Positions 19,586-29,553 of a stretch of 64,000 bases of DNA are shown here, piece after piece. This DNA comes from Candidatus Micrarchaeota archaeon. Lineage in GTDB: Archaea > Micrarchaeota > Micrarchaeia > Norongarragalinales > Norongarragalinaceae. A program made the position numbers and the translations under genes. The stretch is taken from assembly GCA_016212375.1 (NCBI GenBank), contig JACRGH010000044.1:1428-65427 (forward strand), given 5' to 3'. Position 1 is the stretch's first letter. Every line of letters begins with the position of its first letter. The notes beneath the pieces were generated by a model, which did not search any database, was not told the origin of the DNA, and saw only the letters and a program-made list of their open reading frames with translations.

Positions 19586-20122
19586 ATGGAAGAACCGGGG
19601 CGCATCCATTTTCTGGACCTAGGGGCGGGGCAAAATCCAGATCGGATCAAAGCGCTGGCCATGCGGCATCCGGACCGACGAATCATCGCAGTAGATATCC
19701 ACCCGCTAGGGGATTTTGAACCGCTCCCACCGAACGCGGTATATGTGTCGTCCAATGTCCTGCAGTACCTCAAGACTCTAAAAGAAAAAAGCGTCCAAAT
19801 CGCGAATGCGGATTTCTTGCTCAACGAAATGCCAGATAAAGAAATCATGGAATTAATCCGGCACATCAAGAAGGCATTGGCGCCCAACGGCCGTTTTTAC
19901 ATTAGCGAGGACCGTCAAAACGTTGAAGACATCCGAAGAATGCTGCACCAACATGGGTTTTCCACCCGGGCGCGGGAATTGTCAGCCGAAGAAGCCATGG
20001 AACCGAAAACCTGGTTTACCCAGGAACGAATCCACCATCCCCATCGTTGGAATGAAAGCCGGAAAAACATGCAGGTCACCTGGCCGGTCCGCATCGTTGC
20101 AGTAAAGCGGCAGAAGAGATAA
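19586..20122 (+). CDS. Class I SAM-dependent methyltransferase-like protein
   Basis: FLDLGAG motif I, IIAVDI, ALAPNGRF. Confidence 0.75.
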   Translation: MEEPGRIHFLDLGAGQNPDRIKALAMRHPDRRIIAVDIHPLGDFEPLPPNAVYVSSNVLQYLKTLKEKSVQIANADFLLNEMPDKEIMELIRHIKKALAPNGRFYISEDRQNVEDIRRMLHQHGFSTRARELSAEEAMEPKTWFTQERIHHPHRWNESRKNMQVTWPVRIVAVKRQKR

Positions 20123-20217
20123 TGGGAAAAACAGCCAAAAGGAAAAAAGCCGAAACTGGGCGTTTGAAAGAAAAAAAACCCGAAACGGCGGAAATCAGGA
20201 CCGAAGAGAAAAGCCGA

Positions 20218-20382
20218 TTACTTGGCCCCGCCTTTGGCGTCCTTGCGCTTGACGCGCTTGGGCCGAAGGTTAGGATAATCGCACTTGCGGCACTTAAGGG
20301 CGGCTTTGGGGTTGCGCGCCTTGCACTTCTTGCAGACGATGACGTCCAAAAACGCACGGTCGGCTACTGGAAATTTACCCAT
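20218..20382 (-). CDS. rpl40e: 50S ribosomal protein L40e
   Basis: VCKKCKARNP...CRKC..NLRPK. Confidence 0.92.
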   Translation of the reverse strand: MGKFPVADRAFLDVIVCKKCKARNPKAALKCRKCDYPNLRPKRVKRKDAKGGAK

Positions 20383-20534
20383 AAACAAATACACCTTGAA
20401 AGCAAAAACGGCCCAAACACGGCTGAACCGATAAACGCTTGAGTTTTGTTGAAAAAAGAGGTTCTTTAACCTTTTCCGGAACCAAAACGCGACGGGAACG
20501 TACGCATCTGGAGTGGACCGACCCGACGCCCGGT

Positions 20535-20882
20535 TCATTCGAAAACTTTTCCAGCCTTGTTCTTCTCGCGCGGCACCCAGGTCAGTTTCACTTTCTTCGC
20601 TACCACCAAGCGCTTGGCGTCCATCACCAACGGCCGCAAATGCGCGAAGTTGACCTTCCACCCGGCGGTGACCTGGCCCACCAGAAGCTGGCTGTCGGTG
20701 AAAAGGTGGTCGCCGGTTTGAGCCTCTTGGAGGGCGCGAATCAGTGCGGCGTATTCCATCTCGTTGTTGGTCTTATTTTCGTGCAAACGGACGACGATGG
20801 GCGCACGCACATTACCTTCGAAGACGACGGCGTATCCCGAAGTCTTGCCGTTGAAGCCGGAGCCGTCGAGGAAGATGTTCAT
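20535..20882 (-). CDS. Ribonuclease HI family protein
   Basis: IFLDGS, TNNEMEYAAL, TDSQLLV, WVPREKN. Confidence 0.85.
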   Translation of the reverse strand: MNIFLDGSGFNGKTSGYAVVFEGNVRAPIVVRLHENKTNNEMEYAALIRALQEAQTGDHLFTDSQLLVGQVTAGWKVNFAHLRPLVMDAKRLVVAKKVKLTWVPREKNKAGKVFE

Positions 20883-20934
20883 CCAAGTTACGAAGAATGC
20901 GTAAGAATAAATAAGCGAAAAAATGATGCATGCC

Positions 20935-22095
20935 ATGGTTTACCGGAAAACACCACGAAAACAGCACGGGTTGCTCACCGCCGTCGCAAACAACGACGTG
21001 GACGCATTGTTGGAATTAAAGGAAAAAGGCAAGCCGATAAACAATGCAACATTGGGACACGCATTACGGATAGCATCGGAAGTCGGAAGCCTAGAATTAA
21101 TACCATTAATTTTCAGCGACATCAAAAAATTAAAAGCGGCAACAAAAACAACGGATGAACAAGGAAAAACAGCACTCCACATCGCTTCGGAAAAAGGACA
21201 TGAAAATTTCGCCGATTTTTTGATTGAAGCCGGGGCCAACGTCAATGTTGCGGACAAGCTAGGACATACGCCACTGCATGCCGCGGCCAAAGAAGGACGA
21301 GCAAACATCATCCGGCTACTCCTCCGGCATAAAGCCGACCCCGAACAAGTTGACGAAAAAGGGGAAACGCCGCTCTACCATGCGGTCGTCTATAACCGAA
21401 TCAATGCAGTCCATGCGTTAGGCGAAAAATCAGACGTCAACCGGCATTTCGAACACCAAACCAACCCATTCGGCCCGGTCAGGGACAAATATGATTTGAA
21501 AATACTCGAAAATCTCGGTTTTCCAAAATTGGAGCAAAGCGAACAGGGAAACACGTTGCTGCATGTCGCCACACTCCGTGGAGATTCGGAAATGGCAACG
21601 GCGCTCATGCACCATGGGGCAGACCCGACCGAGCGCAACGGATACGGGGTGACTCCGATCCATTTGGCGGCCTACCGGGGCGATTTTTCTACGCTAAAAC
21701 AACTCGTGGGAAAAAGTACAAACCGCATCAAAATTAAAGACAACGCAGGCTTCACCCCGCTGCATTATGCGGCAAAAGCGAGATTGGATGATGCGAACGA
21801 ACACACCGAATTGATGGATTGGCTGATTAGCCAGGGGGCGAACGTTTCCGCCGAAAGCCACAAAAAAATTACACCGCTTCACTTGGCAGCAGACCGATAC
21901 GATGCGGAAAAAGCCATGGGATTACTCTTGGAAAAAGGCGCAAGAATCGATGCCCAAGACCACGAAGGCAATACCCCGCTTCATTATGCCGCACAAGGTA
22001 GGAGGAAAAATTTTGACTACTTGGTTTCAAGAGGCGCCGGTACAACAATACGGAATCAAAAGGGGCATCTACCGGCATACGACCGAATGGTTTAA
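20935..22095 (+). CDS. Ankyrin repeat protein
   Basis: Repeated G-x-T-(P/A)-L-H-x-A motifs (GKTALHIA, GHTPLHAA, GFTPLHYA, GNTPLHYA and others). Confidence 0.92.
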   Translation: MVYRKTPRKQHGLLTAVANNDVDALLELKEKGKPINNATLGHALRIASEVGSLELIPLIFSDIKKLKAATKTTDEQGKTALHIASEKGHENFADFLIEAGANVNVADKLGHTPLHAAAKEGRANIIRLLLRHKADPEQVDEKGETPLYHAVVYNRINAVHALGEKSDVNRHFEHQTNPFGPVRDKYDLKILENLGFPKLEQSEQGNTLLHVATLRGDSEMATALMHHGADPTERNGYGVTPIHLAAYRGDFSTLKQLVGKSTNRIKIKDNAGFTPLHYAAKARLDDANEHTELMDWLISQGANVSAESHKKITPLHLAADRYDAEKAMGLLLEKGARIDAQDHEGNTPLHYAAQGRRKNFDYLVSRGAGTTIRNQKGHLPAYDRMV

Positions 22096-22105
22096 AAAAA
22101 AGACA

Positions 22106-22177
22106 AGCCCCGGACGAGGATCGAACTCGTGACCCCCTGTTTACGAAACAGGTGCTCTACCGCTGAGCTACCGAGGC
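22106..22177 (-). tRNA. tRNA-Thr(CGT)
   Basis: GCCTCGG acceptor, CCTGT-TT-CGT-AA-ACAGG, AGTTCGATCCT T-arm; no intron. Confidence 0.93.
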
Positions 22178-22211
22178 AACTTGTTAATTCTTTTTTGCTT
22201 CCTTTTTGTTT

Positions 22212-22345
22212 GTTTTCTTTTCGGCAGGCCGCATTTCCCGGGCAAACGCATCTGCGTTTGCTGGGCCCCGCAAAGCCGAATGCTTTGCGCGGGTCTTTTC
22301 AAAAAAGAAAAGGCGACCGTGTCTGTACCGCTGAGCTACCGAGGC
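22212..22345 (-). mobile_element. Short hairpin-rich dispersed element plus displaced 20-nt copy of the tRNA-Thr(CGT) 5' end
   Basis: GGTCGCCTTTTCTTTT...TGCGGCCTGCCGAAAAGAAAAC (22318-22212) with two nested hairpins; 22326-22345 = 22158-22177. Confidence 0.7.
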
Positions 22346-22585
22346 GTCTTGAGCAAAACCATCGACCCTGCCGGGTACGATGGCAAACTGGTTTTATCTA
22401 TCGACAATCTTTGAGCAATGGCGGTTACTTACGCAACCGGCGGCAAACATACTGAGCCAACGGGTGCACAAAAAGGCGCAATTGCGAACTTTGTTAATGG
22501 AACAATGCGTTCTAAAACGTTTTCTTTGAAGCCGAAATCGCGGTTGGGTAAAGCTTTAGATATCCGCCAAACCACCATTGCGATT

Positions 22586-23224
22586 ATGTTCGACCCCCAC
22601 ATCTGGAAAAAGCTCCGCCGCGGGCCCCAAGTCATCCTGCTAAAGGATGCGGCCATGATTTCTGCATTGACAGGCCTCCAAAGCGGTGACCGCGTCATCG
22701 ACTGCGGCGCGGGCTCCGGGTTTTTGTCCTGCTATTTGGGCTCCATCGTCGCGCCGGCAGGCAAAGTCTACGCGTACGAAAAGCGCGAAGAATTCCAACA
22801 ATTGTCCGCCAAGAACGTGGAAAAGGCCCGCTTGTCGGACGTGGTGGACGTCAAACTCAAAGACAACGTCCTAGAGAGCGGTTTTGAAGAAAAAGACGTC
22901 GACTTGGTCACCTTGGACATGGGCGATTCGCACCTGGCATTACCACATGCGTTTGCCGCGCTGAAAGGCGGCGGGTTTTGCGTCGGCTACCTCCCGCATG
23001 CCGAACAGGTGCAGACCTTTGTGAAAGCGGCATTGGTAGCCGGGTTTGAGCAGGGCGAAACCATCGAGGTCATCGTGCGGCCCATGTTGGTAAGGGAGAG
23101 GGGCTTCCGTCCCGAGAACTCGGGGTTGTTGCACACGGCATACTTGACGTTTCTCCGAAAGCCGCGCTCCGGCCCACACACGCCGAAGCAACCGCACGTC
23201 CAAGACGCGACGAAAACCACTTAA
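22586..23224 (+). CDS. trmI: tRNA (adenine-N1)-methyltransferase TrmI/GCD14 family
   Basis: RRGPQVILLKDAA, DCGAGSG, YEKREEF, HTAYLTF. Confidence 0.88.
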   Translation: MFDPHIWKKLRRGPQVILLKDAAMISALTGLQSGDRVIDCGAGSGFLSCYLGSIVAPAGKVYAYEKREEFQQLSAKNVEKARLSDVVDVKLKDNVLESGFEEKDVDLVTLDMGDSHLALPHAFAALKGGGFCVGYLPHAEQVQTFVKAALVAGFEQGETIEVIVRPMLVRERGFRPENSGLLHTAYLTFLRKPRSGPHTPKQPHVQDATKTT

Positions 23225-23247
23225 GCAACGGCATCATTCTTGACACC

Positions 23248-24366
23248 ATGGAAAAAAGCGCTACCGGCGGACTCAGTTTACTCCTAGTGTCGGTGTTTCT
23301 TTTTTCGGCGTCACTCCAGGCCGCAACGTCCGCGTCCAACGCCATCCCATCCTGCCCCAATAACCAAGTGTGCATGTTTTACGGCGCGTCTTTGGAAAAA
23401 AACACACCCGGACCTTCCGGCACCGGGTTTTCCACCTCGAAATTCGTCTGCCCGGTCAATATCCCCATCACCGGCACGTTCGGCGCCCCATATACCAACG
23501 CCAATGGAGAAACCCGCAGACGGCCCGGAATCGAAATGCGGGTGCCGGAAAACACGGACGTTAAATCTCCGGCAGCGGGAAAAGTGCTGGAGACCGGTTT
23601 TGAACAAACCGGTGCCGGACATTTCATCCTCATCCGCCACGCGACAAATCCCAACGTGGAGAGCAAAATCGGTTACCTGCAAGGACCGTCCACCAAACGG
23701 GGGGGAGAATCGGTCAAAGCGGGCGAAACAATAGGCAAATCCGGAAAAAGCGGTGCCGCGCTATGGCCCTCAGTTTATTTCGAACTGACACGCGCCACCA
23801 TTCCACAAATCGAGGTAGAAGACATCTGTAAATCCACCCCCGTCGTGTCAAGTTCGACCGTTGCTCCGGTAAAGGCGACGGTTGCAGGCCGAGTGGACTG
23901 TACGCAATTTTCGAACAATCCGGTGCCGGAGTCCTGGAGCGTCGTGCCGGGCGGCCGCTTCGGCAGCCAACGGGCGTACCCGGGCGGACACAGCGGATTC
24001 GATTACGGGGGATTCAACTGCGGGCAACCCGTCAAAGCGGTTTGGGCAGGCCAAGTGCGATACTACCGGAACACCGCTGCAGGCTACGGCAACGAAGTTT
24101 CCATCAAAACCGCGTGCACCGACGGGACTGAAAAAATTGTGACGTACGACCACCTCCAGGGGTTCAACGCGGCCGTATTGGACAAAGGTGCAGTACAAGC
24201 CGGAGACGTCATCGCCTACCTTGGAAATACCGGAGGCAACTATGAATGCCACTTGCACGTCAACGTCTTTGCATCGCCATTTCGAATCCAAAACGGATTG
24301 GATGCCGGCAACGTCATGAATCCAGAAGGACTGGTCAGGGGCGGCTTGCAGGGCCATTTGGCATAA
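23248..24366 (+). CDS. Secreted protein with two M23 peptidase domains (first degenerate, second intact)
   Basis: Signal peptide; domain 1 has RPGIE and SVY (no Zn ligands); domain 2 has HSGFD, YDHL, GNTG, HLH. Confidence 0.85.
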   Translation: MEKSATGGLSLLLVSVFLFSASLQAATSASNAIPSCPNNQVCMFYGASLEKNTPGPSGTGFSTSKFVCPVNIPITGTFGAPYTNANGETRRRPGIEMRVPENTDVKSPAAGKVLETGFEQTGAGHFILIRHATNPNVESKIGYLQGPSTKRGGESVKAGETIGKSGKSGAALWPSVYFELTRATIPQIEVEDICKSTPVVSSSTVAPVKATVAGRVDCTQFSNNPVPESWSVVPGGRFGSQRAYPGGHSGFDYGGFNCGQPVKAVWAGQVRYYRNTAAGYGNEVSIKTACTDGTEKIVTYDHLQGFNAAVLDKGAVQAGDVIAYLGNTGGNYECHLHVNVFASPFRIQNGLDAGNVMNPEGLVRGGLQGHLA

Positions 24367-24462
24367 ACATACACATTCCACCATCACGAAATCCACCGCA
24401 TGCAGTTCAATAAAGATGCCGGAAACTGAACGGTTTTAAGTCCGGCTTGCATCGATTGATTC

Positions 24463-25563
24463 ATGCACGCGCGATGGACCGGAGCCATTTTTTTCCTAGG
24501 CTTGCTATTTATTGCGACATCCGTACAGGCCGCAACCATGCCAACGTGTCCGGCCAACCAGGTCTGCTTCTTTTACGGTGCCAGTTTGGAAAAAACGGCA
24601 AGCCAAAAATCGTTTTCGACCACCGGATTTTCCTGCCCGGTGGCGGCGGCCATAACCGTTCCGTTCAGCCACGCACGAAACGCCAATGGCAAAATCCGGG
24701 CCCATTTGGGCATCGGCTTGGACACACCCGTAGGCACGGCCGTGAAAGCGGCGGCGAACGGGAAAGTCATACAGACTCCGACCGATTATTCGGATTTAGG
24801 CACCGTCATCATTCTGCGCCATTCGGATAATCCCAAAGTGGAAACCCAATACGGCCACCTGCAAAAAGCCAATGTTAGACCCGGCGACACCGTCAAAAAA
24901 GGCGACATCATCGGATTATCAGGCCAAAGCGGACAGGGCACAGACAGGCCGATGCTGTATTTTGAACTGGACCGCGACGGCAATCCCAGCTCGGAAGTGC
25001 AGGACATCTGCAAGAACGCCTATGTGGCGCCGGCTCCGATAAGCAAACCCGGTCAAACCCCAAAACCGGCTATTCCAAATTCAGGCAATAGCGTGGTGGG
25101 CGGTCCATCGCTCGGAACCACTCAAATTCTGAGCATCCTAAAAGCGGTACGCTCGCCAGCGGCCGATGCGGACACGGCAACGTGTTTCTATGAAAAAAGC
25201 CAGCAGTACAACATCGATGTCGCGTATATGCTCGCGTTTTTTGGGCAAGAATCCACATGGGGAACAGCATCCGGCTACGCCAGCACGCATACCGTTGGTA
25301 ACATCGTCAAAAACGCACCGGGAAGCTACTTATGCGATCAGGCATCCAATGGCCGGTTTTGTTCCTACAGCAGTTGGTGCCGGGGTGCAGAGCATTGGTA
25401 TTACTACATCAAAAATTCGCCACTTTATCTGCCCCAGGGTAAAACGACACCGGAACAAATCATCCCGATTTACGCGCCCGCCAGTGAAAATAACGTGGGA
25501 TCGTACGTCGCATTCGTCAACCGGTGCGTAACCAATTGGAGAGCGGGTTCTTCGATCTGTTGA
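24463..25563 (+). CDS. Secreted protein: degenerate M23 plus lysozyme-fold (GH73 glucosaminidase-like) domain
   Basis: Signal peptide; M23 fold (TQYGHL, GDIIGLSG) lacking HxH; YNIDVAYMLAFFGQESTWG...IIPIYAP. Confidence 0.78.
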   Translation: MHARWTGAIFFLGLLFIATSVQAATMPTCPANQVCFFYGASLEKTASQKSFSTTGFSCPVAAAITVPFSHARNANGKIRAHLGIGLDTPVGTAVKAAANGKVIQTPTDYSDLGTVIILRHSDNPKVETQYGHLQKANVRPGDTVKKGDIIGLSGQSGQGTDRPMLYFELDRDGNPSSEVQDICKNAYVAPAPISKPGQTPKPAIPNSGNSVVGGPSLGTTQILSILKAVRSPAADADTATCFYEKSQQYNIDVAYMLAFFGQESTWGTASGYASTHTVGNIVKNAPGSYLCDQASNGRFCSYSSWCRGAEHWYYYIKNSPLYLPQGKTTPEQIIPIYAPASENNVGSYVAFVNRCVTNWRAGSSIC

Positions 25564-25585
25564 GAAAAAAATTGAAAGACAGAAT

Positions 25586-25921
25586 TTACCCGTTGCTAGG
25601 ATGCTCGTCGGAGTACAACCACGCGCCGATCAGGACACGGCCGATTCGGCCCATCTGCCATAAAACGGCGTCGTCCGGGGAGACGATGGTCGAACCAATC
25701 GCTTCCAACGCCAGGTAAAGGCCGATCCATTTGGCGTAGCTTTTTGGCAGTTTTCCGACCACCAAAAGCAAGCCCACAGTCAGCCGCACGATGCGGCCCA
25801 CGGCGAACAGCAAAATCAAGTCCGTGGAATAGACCAAACTGATGAGGGCATCCACGATGAGAAAAACGCCGGCCAAAAGGTGGACGCGGCGGTCGTTGAA
25901 GTCAAGGCCGAAACGTTTCAC
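25586..25921 (-). CDS. Small membrane protein with internal duplication
   Basis: Four hydrophobic segments; GRIVR/GRIGR repeat. Confidence 0.65.
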   Translation of the reverse strand: MKRFGLDFNDRRVHLLAGVFLIVDALISLVYSTDLILLFAVGRIVRLTVGLLLVVGKLPKSYAKWIGLYLALEAIGSTIVSPDDAVLWQMGRIGRVLIGAWLYSDEHPSNG

Positions 25922-26018
25922 GGACGATTAAGGATGAAGCCGGTTAAAAAAAGCGGTTGAAAATGCGCCTGGAAAAAAGTATAGAAAAACGACGACAGAT
26001 GCTAATTGGAAAAAAAGA

Positions 26019-26127
26019 AGCCCCCGACGCGAAGTGCAACCCGGACCACGGGAAGCGCCCCTTAGTCCCAGGTTCCCCCGAACCCCCAACGAATGCTCGC
26101 GAATCACAAAATGAAAGAAAAAGAAAG
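26019..26127. mobile_element. Short element plus displaced 15-nt copy of the tRNA-Thr(GGT) 3' end
   Basis: 26019-26033 = 26128-26142; GGACCAC..TAGTCC..CCCCGAACCCCC..GCGAATCA is shared with 18539-18609. Confidence 0.7.
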
Positions 26128-26239
26128 AGCCCCCGACGCGAATTGAACGCGCGACCTCGTCCTTTTCGGAAAAGCCAATGGCAAAGTGCCGTTTGCTTTC
26201 TTACCATGGACGCGCTCTACCAGGCTGAGCTACAGGGGC
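26128..26239 (-). tRNA. tRNA-Thr(GGT) with 38-nt intron at 37/38 (26164-26201)
   Basis: GCCCCTG acceptor, CGTCC-AT-GGT-A|intron|A-GGACG, relaxed BHB with GAAAGC/GCTTTT outer helix. Confidence 0.88.
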
Positions 26240-26273
26240 AACTCGGTTACTCTTGATTTTTTCCTTTTTCTTC

Positions 26274-26357
26274 GTTTTCTTTTTCGGCAGGCCGCATTTT
26301 TCTTTTCGCAAAAGAAAAAGGCGACCGCGCCTGTACCAGGCTGAGCTACAGGGGCAA
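26274..26357 (-). mobile_element. Short hairpin-rich dispersed element plus displaced copy of the tRNA-Thr(GGT) 5' end
   Basis: GGTCGCCTTTTTCTTTTGCGAAAAGAAAAATGCGGCCTGCCGAAAAAGAAAAC (26326-26274); 26334-26357 = 26218-26241. Confidence 0.72.
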
Positions 26358-26625
26358 TGGGCAAAGTCGATCGGACTGCCGCCAACATCGACAAGCTTCG
26401 ATACTAGTTCGTCGTGTTTTTCGGCATTGAAGCAAAGACGTTTGCAACCGCCGGTGACGCGACAAAAAAGGAAAACAAACTGGGGAGTTGGGGGTAAAAA
26501 AACCCTCCTACGGCCCGAAACGGGATGCTAAAAACGGGATGTAAAGGAAAAGGGGAAAAAGAAAAGATTTTGCCGGAAAACCGGCGTCAAAAAGGAGTCA
26601 ATCGTTCTAACGGACGTCGTGCCGT

Positions 26626-27402
26626 TTAACCCAACTGGGCGTCCAGCGTCTGCTGGAACACCGAGTACGGCTGCGCGCCGACCAATTGCGTGGATTTACC
26701 GGATTTGTCCACGATGAAGAACGTGGGCGTGCCTTGGACGCCGTAGCTCAAACCCAGGTTCTGATCCGAGGTGACTTCGGCATCATACGGCTTCTTGGCA
26801 AAACAATCGGCGAATTTTGCCGCATCCACGCCCGCGCTCTTGGCATAGGTGGCGTAAATCGATTCGTTGACTAAAGTGCCCACGTTGATGACGTCGATGT
26901 TGTCGTAGACGGCATTGTGGAATTTCCAGAACGCCGCATTGCTACCCACGCGGAACGCGCACAATGCGGCATTGGCGGCCGGGCGGGCGTTGGGGTGGAT
27001 TTGGTCCAACGGGAAGTGCATATAGATGAACTTGATCTTACCGGTGTCGACGTAATTCTTGATGAGCTGACCTTCCGAATCCGAGTAGAACCGGGCGCAG
27101 AACGGACACTGCAAATCGGAAAACTCAACCACCGTCAGGGGGGCATCGGCCTTTCCGAGGAACGGCTTGTCAGCGGCGGCGGATAAGTCAAACTTGGTCG
27201 GAGCCGCGGCAGTGGGTGCCGGCGTGGGCTGCAATTGTTGGCCGCTTCCGGAACCGCTTCCACCGGATGGCGCAGCGGCGGTCAGCTGGATTTTGGATAA
27301 ACCGGTGCTGATGGTGGTGCCGGCGGACCAGACGGCAACGGATAACATGAGGGACGATATAACCACGGCAATGGCCAGGATCAGTATAGTTTTTTCAGTC
27401 AT
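26626..27402 (-). CDS. DsbA-like thiol-disulfide oxidoreductase, membrane anchored
   Basis: EFSDLQCPFC, HFPL, GVQGTPTF, GAQPY; N-terminal TM. Confidence 0.9.
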   Translation of the reverse strand: MTEKTILILAIAVVISSLMLSVAVWSAGTTISTGLSKIQLTAAAPSGGSGSGSGQQLQPTPAPTAAAPTKFDLSAAADKPFLGKADAPLTVVEFSDLQCPFCARFYSDSEGQLIKNYVDTGKIKFIYMHFPLDQIHPNARPAANAALCAFRVGSNAAFWKFHNAVYDNIDVINVGTLVNESIYATYAKSAGVDAAKFADCFAKKPYDAEVTSDQNLGLSYGVQGTPTFFIVDKSGKSTQLVGAQPYSVFQQTLDAQLG

Positions 27403-27716
27403 ATTGTATTAACGACCTCCATCTGATTGTTCAAAAAATGATTGTGACGGAACAGGCGCACCCCTAAAAGCAATTGTCAATGGAATGGCAAAGACAACGA
27501 CACGAAGGCGCACCGATTCCCACCCAACCGGTTGGTTAGTTATCCGATATCCGTTATTTTAAATGTTGGGATTTGGTCAAGGCAACGCGCCAACCAAAGC
27601 TTTTTCTTCGGACCTAAATTATACATCACCATAACAACCAACAACCACCCGGTTCATGCACAACCCATGATATGGAACAGATAGGATATTGAATAGAGTA
27701 CGAGGGGAGCACGCAC

Positions 27717-28124
27717 ATGCAAAAGGAAGAATTCGAAGTATCCAAACGCCTCCTGATCGAGTACAACGTCAGTTTGTCCCTATTGAAGGAATTGGATGAG
27801 TTCTTGCACAGCATCCAGGAGTTTTCGCAGTATCTGGGCACCAACCAGTACTATTCCGACGGCGTCAACAAGAAAATCTTTTTGATGACCCTGGACGTGG
27901 ACACCCTCATCCTCCGGTTGCAACGGTTGCACCTGAACGCCACGGAATTCCAGGACGTCCTGTTTAAAGGCGTCTTAAGCAAGAAAAAAACGACGCTTGA
28001 TGCCAAAAAAGTGGCGGCATACCAAAGCGAATTCACAATCATCATGGCCGATGTCAACGCCTTGCACCAGCGCGCCATGGAATTGACGCAGGACATCCGG
28101 GCGGATTATTCGCGAAAGCTCTAA
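27717..28124 (+). CDS. Hypothetical helical protein
   Basis: 135-aa ORF with GAGGGGAG RBS-like motif. Confidence 0.65.
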   Translation: MQKEEFEVSKRLLIEYNVSLSLLKELDEFLHSIQEFSQYLGTNQYYSDGVNKKIFLMTLDVDTLILRLQRLHLNATEFQDVLFKGVLSKKKTTLDAKKVAAYQSEFTIIMADVNALHQRAMELTQDIRADYSRKL

Positions 28125-28443
28125 GGAAAGAAAAAAAAAGGAAAAACGAATATTTTTAGTTTTTCCGTTTCCGAAAAGTTCAAAAATAAGCCCTAATGAG
28201 CCCCCAATTTGGAAACGAGCACATTTGGTGCCCTTTTGGCATTTTTCGGGTTCGTGCGCCGGAAGCTTTATTAATATCTTCGAAGACCAATAAGTCCACG
28301 AATTCATAAGCGCTTCTTTTATTGGCTGATGTTCGCGTCGCCAAAATCAGGAAAAAGTCGCTGAAAATTCATAAACTGCACGATTAGAAGTCGTGCGGCA
28401 AGACAGGAACGGATTAGAATATCCAAAAACCAGGTCTCAAAAT

Positions 28444-28575
28444 ATGTATGTTTGCGCCAAATGCGGGAAAGTGTTCGCCGACGACGAACTGACGTTCGTC
28501 CGATGCCCCTACTGCTCCAGCAAGGTATTGAACAAGCAGACGCCGCCGACGGTCAAGAAAGTCAAAGCGATTTGA
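28444..28575 (+). CDS. rpoP: RNA polymerase subunit P (Rpo12)
   Basis: MYVCAKCG...VRCPYCSSKVL.K...VKAI. Confidence 0.9.
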   Translation: MYVCAKCGKVFADDELTFVRCPYCSSKVLNKQTPPTVKKVKAI

Positions 28576-28610
28576 ACGGCTGCAAAGATAAAAGTTTACA
28601 CTGATTCACG

Positions 28611-29552
28611 ATGGGAAAGAAAGGTCCGAAACGGGGTTCACGCGCCTACTGGCATCGGTCACGTGCGTCGTCGATGACGCCGCGCATCCGCGCTTGGTCC
28701 ACTATCGGAAAGGGCATGCAAGGATTCGCCGGCTACAAAGTCGGCATGGCCCACATCGTCATGAACGAATACAAGGACAACCCCCTCAAAGGCCAGGAAG
28801 TGGCCAAAGCCGTTACCTTCGTCCTGACGCCGCCCATGTACGTCTACTCCATCGTTGCTTACAACTTGACGCCGTACGGCTGGAAAATCGTCGGCGAAGT
28901 GCCGGCCACCAACGCGCCCAAAGAATTGCTCCGTTTGCGCACGGTTGCCAAAAAAACCGAAAAAACAATCGAATCCATCCAGAACGCCGAGGCATTCCGC
29001 CTGCTGACATTTACGCTTCCCCACAAGACCGGCATCAAAAAAACGCCGGAAGTCATGGAAATCGCATTGGGTGGGACGGCCGCCGAAAGCTTGGAATACG
29101 CCAAATCGGTGTTGGGCAAGGACGTGTCCATGAAAGACGTTTACAAAGAAGGCGAGGCCACCGACGTGGTCGCCGTCACCAAGGGACATGGCTGGCAAGG
29201 CGTGGTCAAACGCTTCGGCGTCGCCCTTAACACACACAAGTCCACCGGCGCCCGCCGTCACGGCGGTGCATTGGGTGGAGAAACACAAGCCAAAGTCATG
29301 TTCACCGTTCCGCGTGCAGGACAGATGGGATTCCACCGCCGCACCGAGCGCAATAAGCGCATTTTGGTCATTACCGAAGATGCCACCGAATATCAGCCCA
29401 AAGGCGGATTCCCCCATTTTGGCAACCTCAAAGGCACATTTGCCATGATTGAAGGAAGCTTGCCGGGACCTTCCAAGCGCCTCATCCGATTCCGCAAACC
29501 CTTGCAAGTCCAAAGCACGCAGAAAGTCGAACTTAAAGCCGTGGTCCTCTGA
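28611..29552 (+). CDS. rpl3: 50S ribosomal protein L3
   Basis: GFAGYKVGM, TKGHGWQGVVKRFG, GQMGFHRRTE. Confidence 0.96.
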   Translation: MGKKGPKRGSRAYWHRSRASSMTPRIRAWSTIGKGMQGFAGYKVGMAHIVMNEYKDNPLKGQEVAKAVTFVLTPPMYVYSIVAYNLTPYGWKIVGEVPATNAPKELLRLRTVAKKTEKTIESIQNAEAFRLLTFTLPHKTGIKKTPEVMEIALGGTAAESLEYAKSVLGKDVSMKDVYKEGEATDVVAVTKGHGWQGVVKRFGVALNTHKSTGARRHGGALGGETQAKVMFTVPRAGQMGFHRRTERNKRILVITEDATEYQPKGGFPHFGNLKGTFAMIEGSLPGPSKRLIRFRKPLQVQSTQKVELKAVVL

Positions 29553-29553
29553 T

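Noticed and set aside
22326-22345. tRNA fragments here and at 26334-26357 and 26019-26033 as split or permuted tRNA halves
   Set aside because: Complete genes are adjacent, and the fragments lack complementary leaders or BHB junctions for trans-splicing
28261-28440. Possible structured leader or ncRNA upstream of rpoP
   Set aside because: Only short hairpins (e.g. GCACGA/TCGTGC) are visible and no RNA family was recognised
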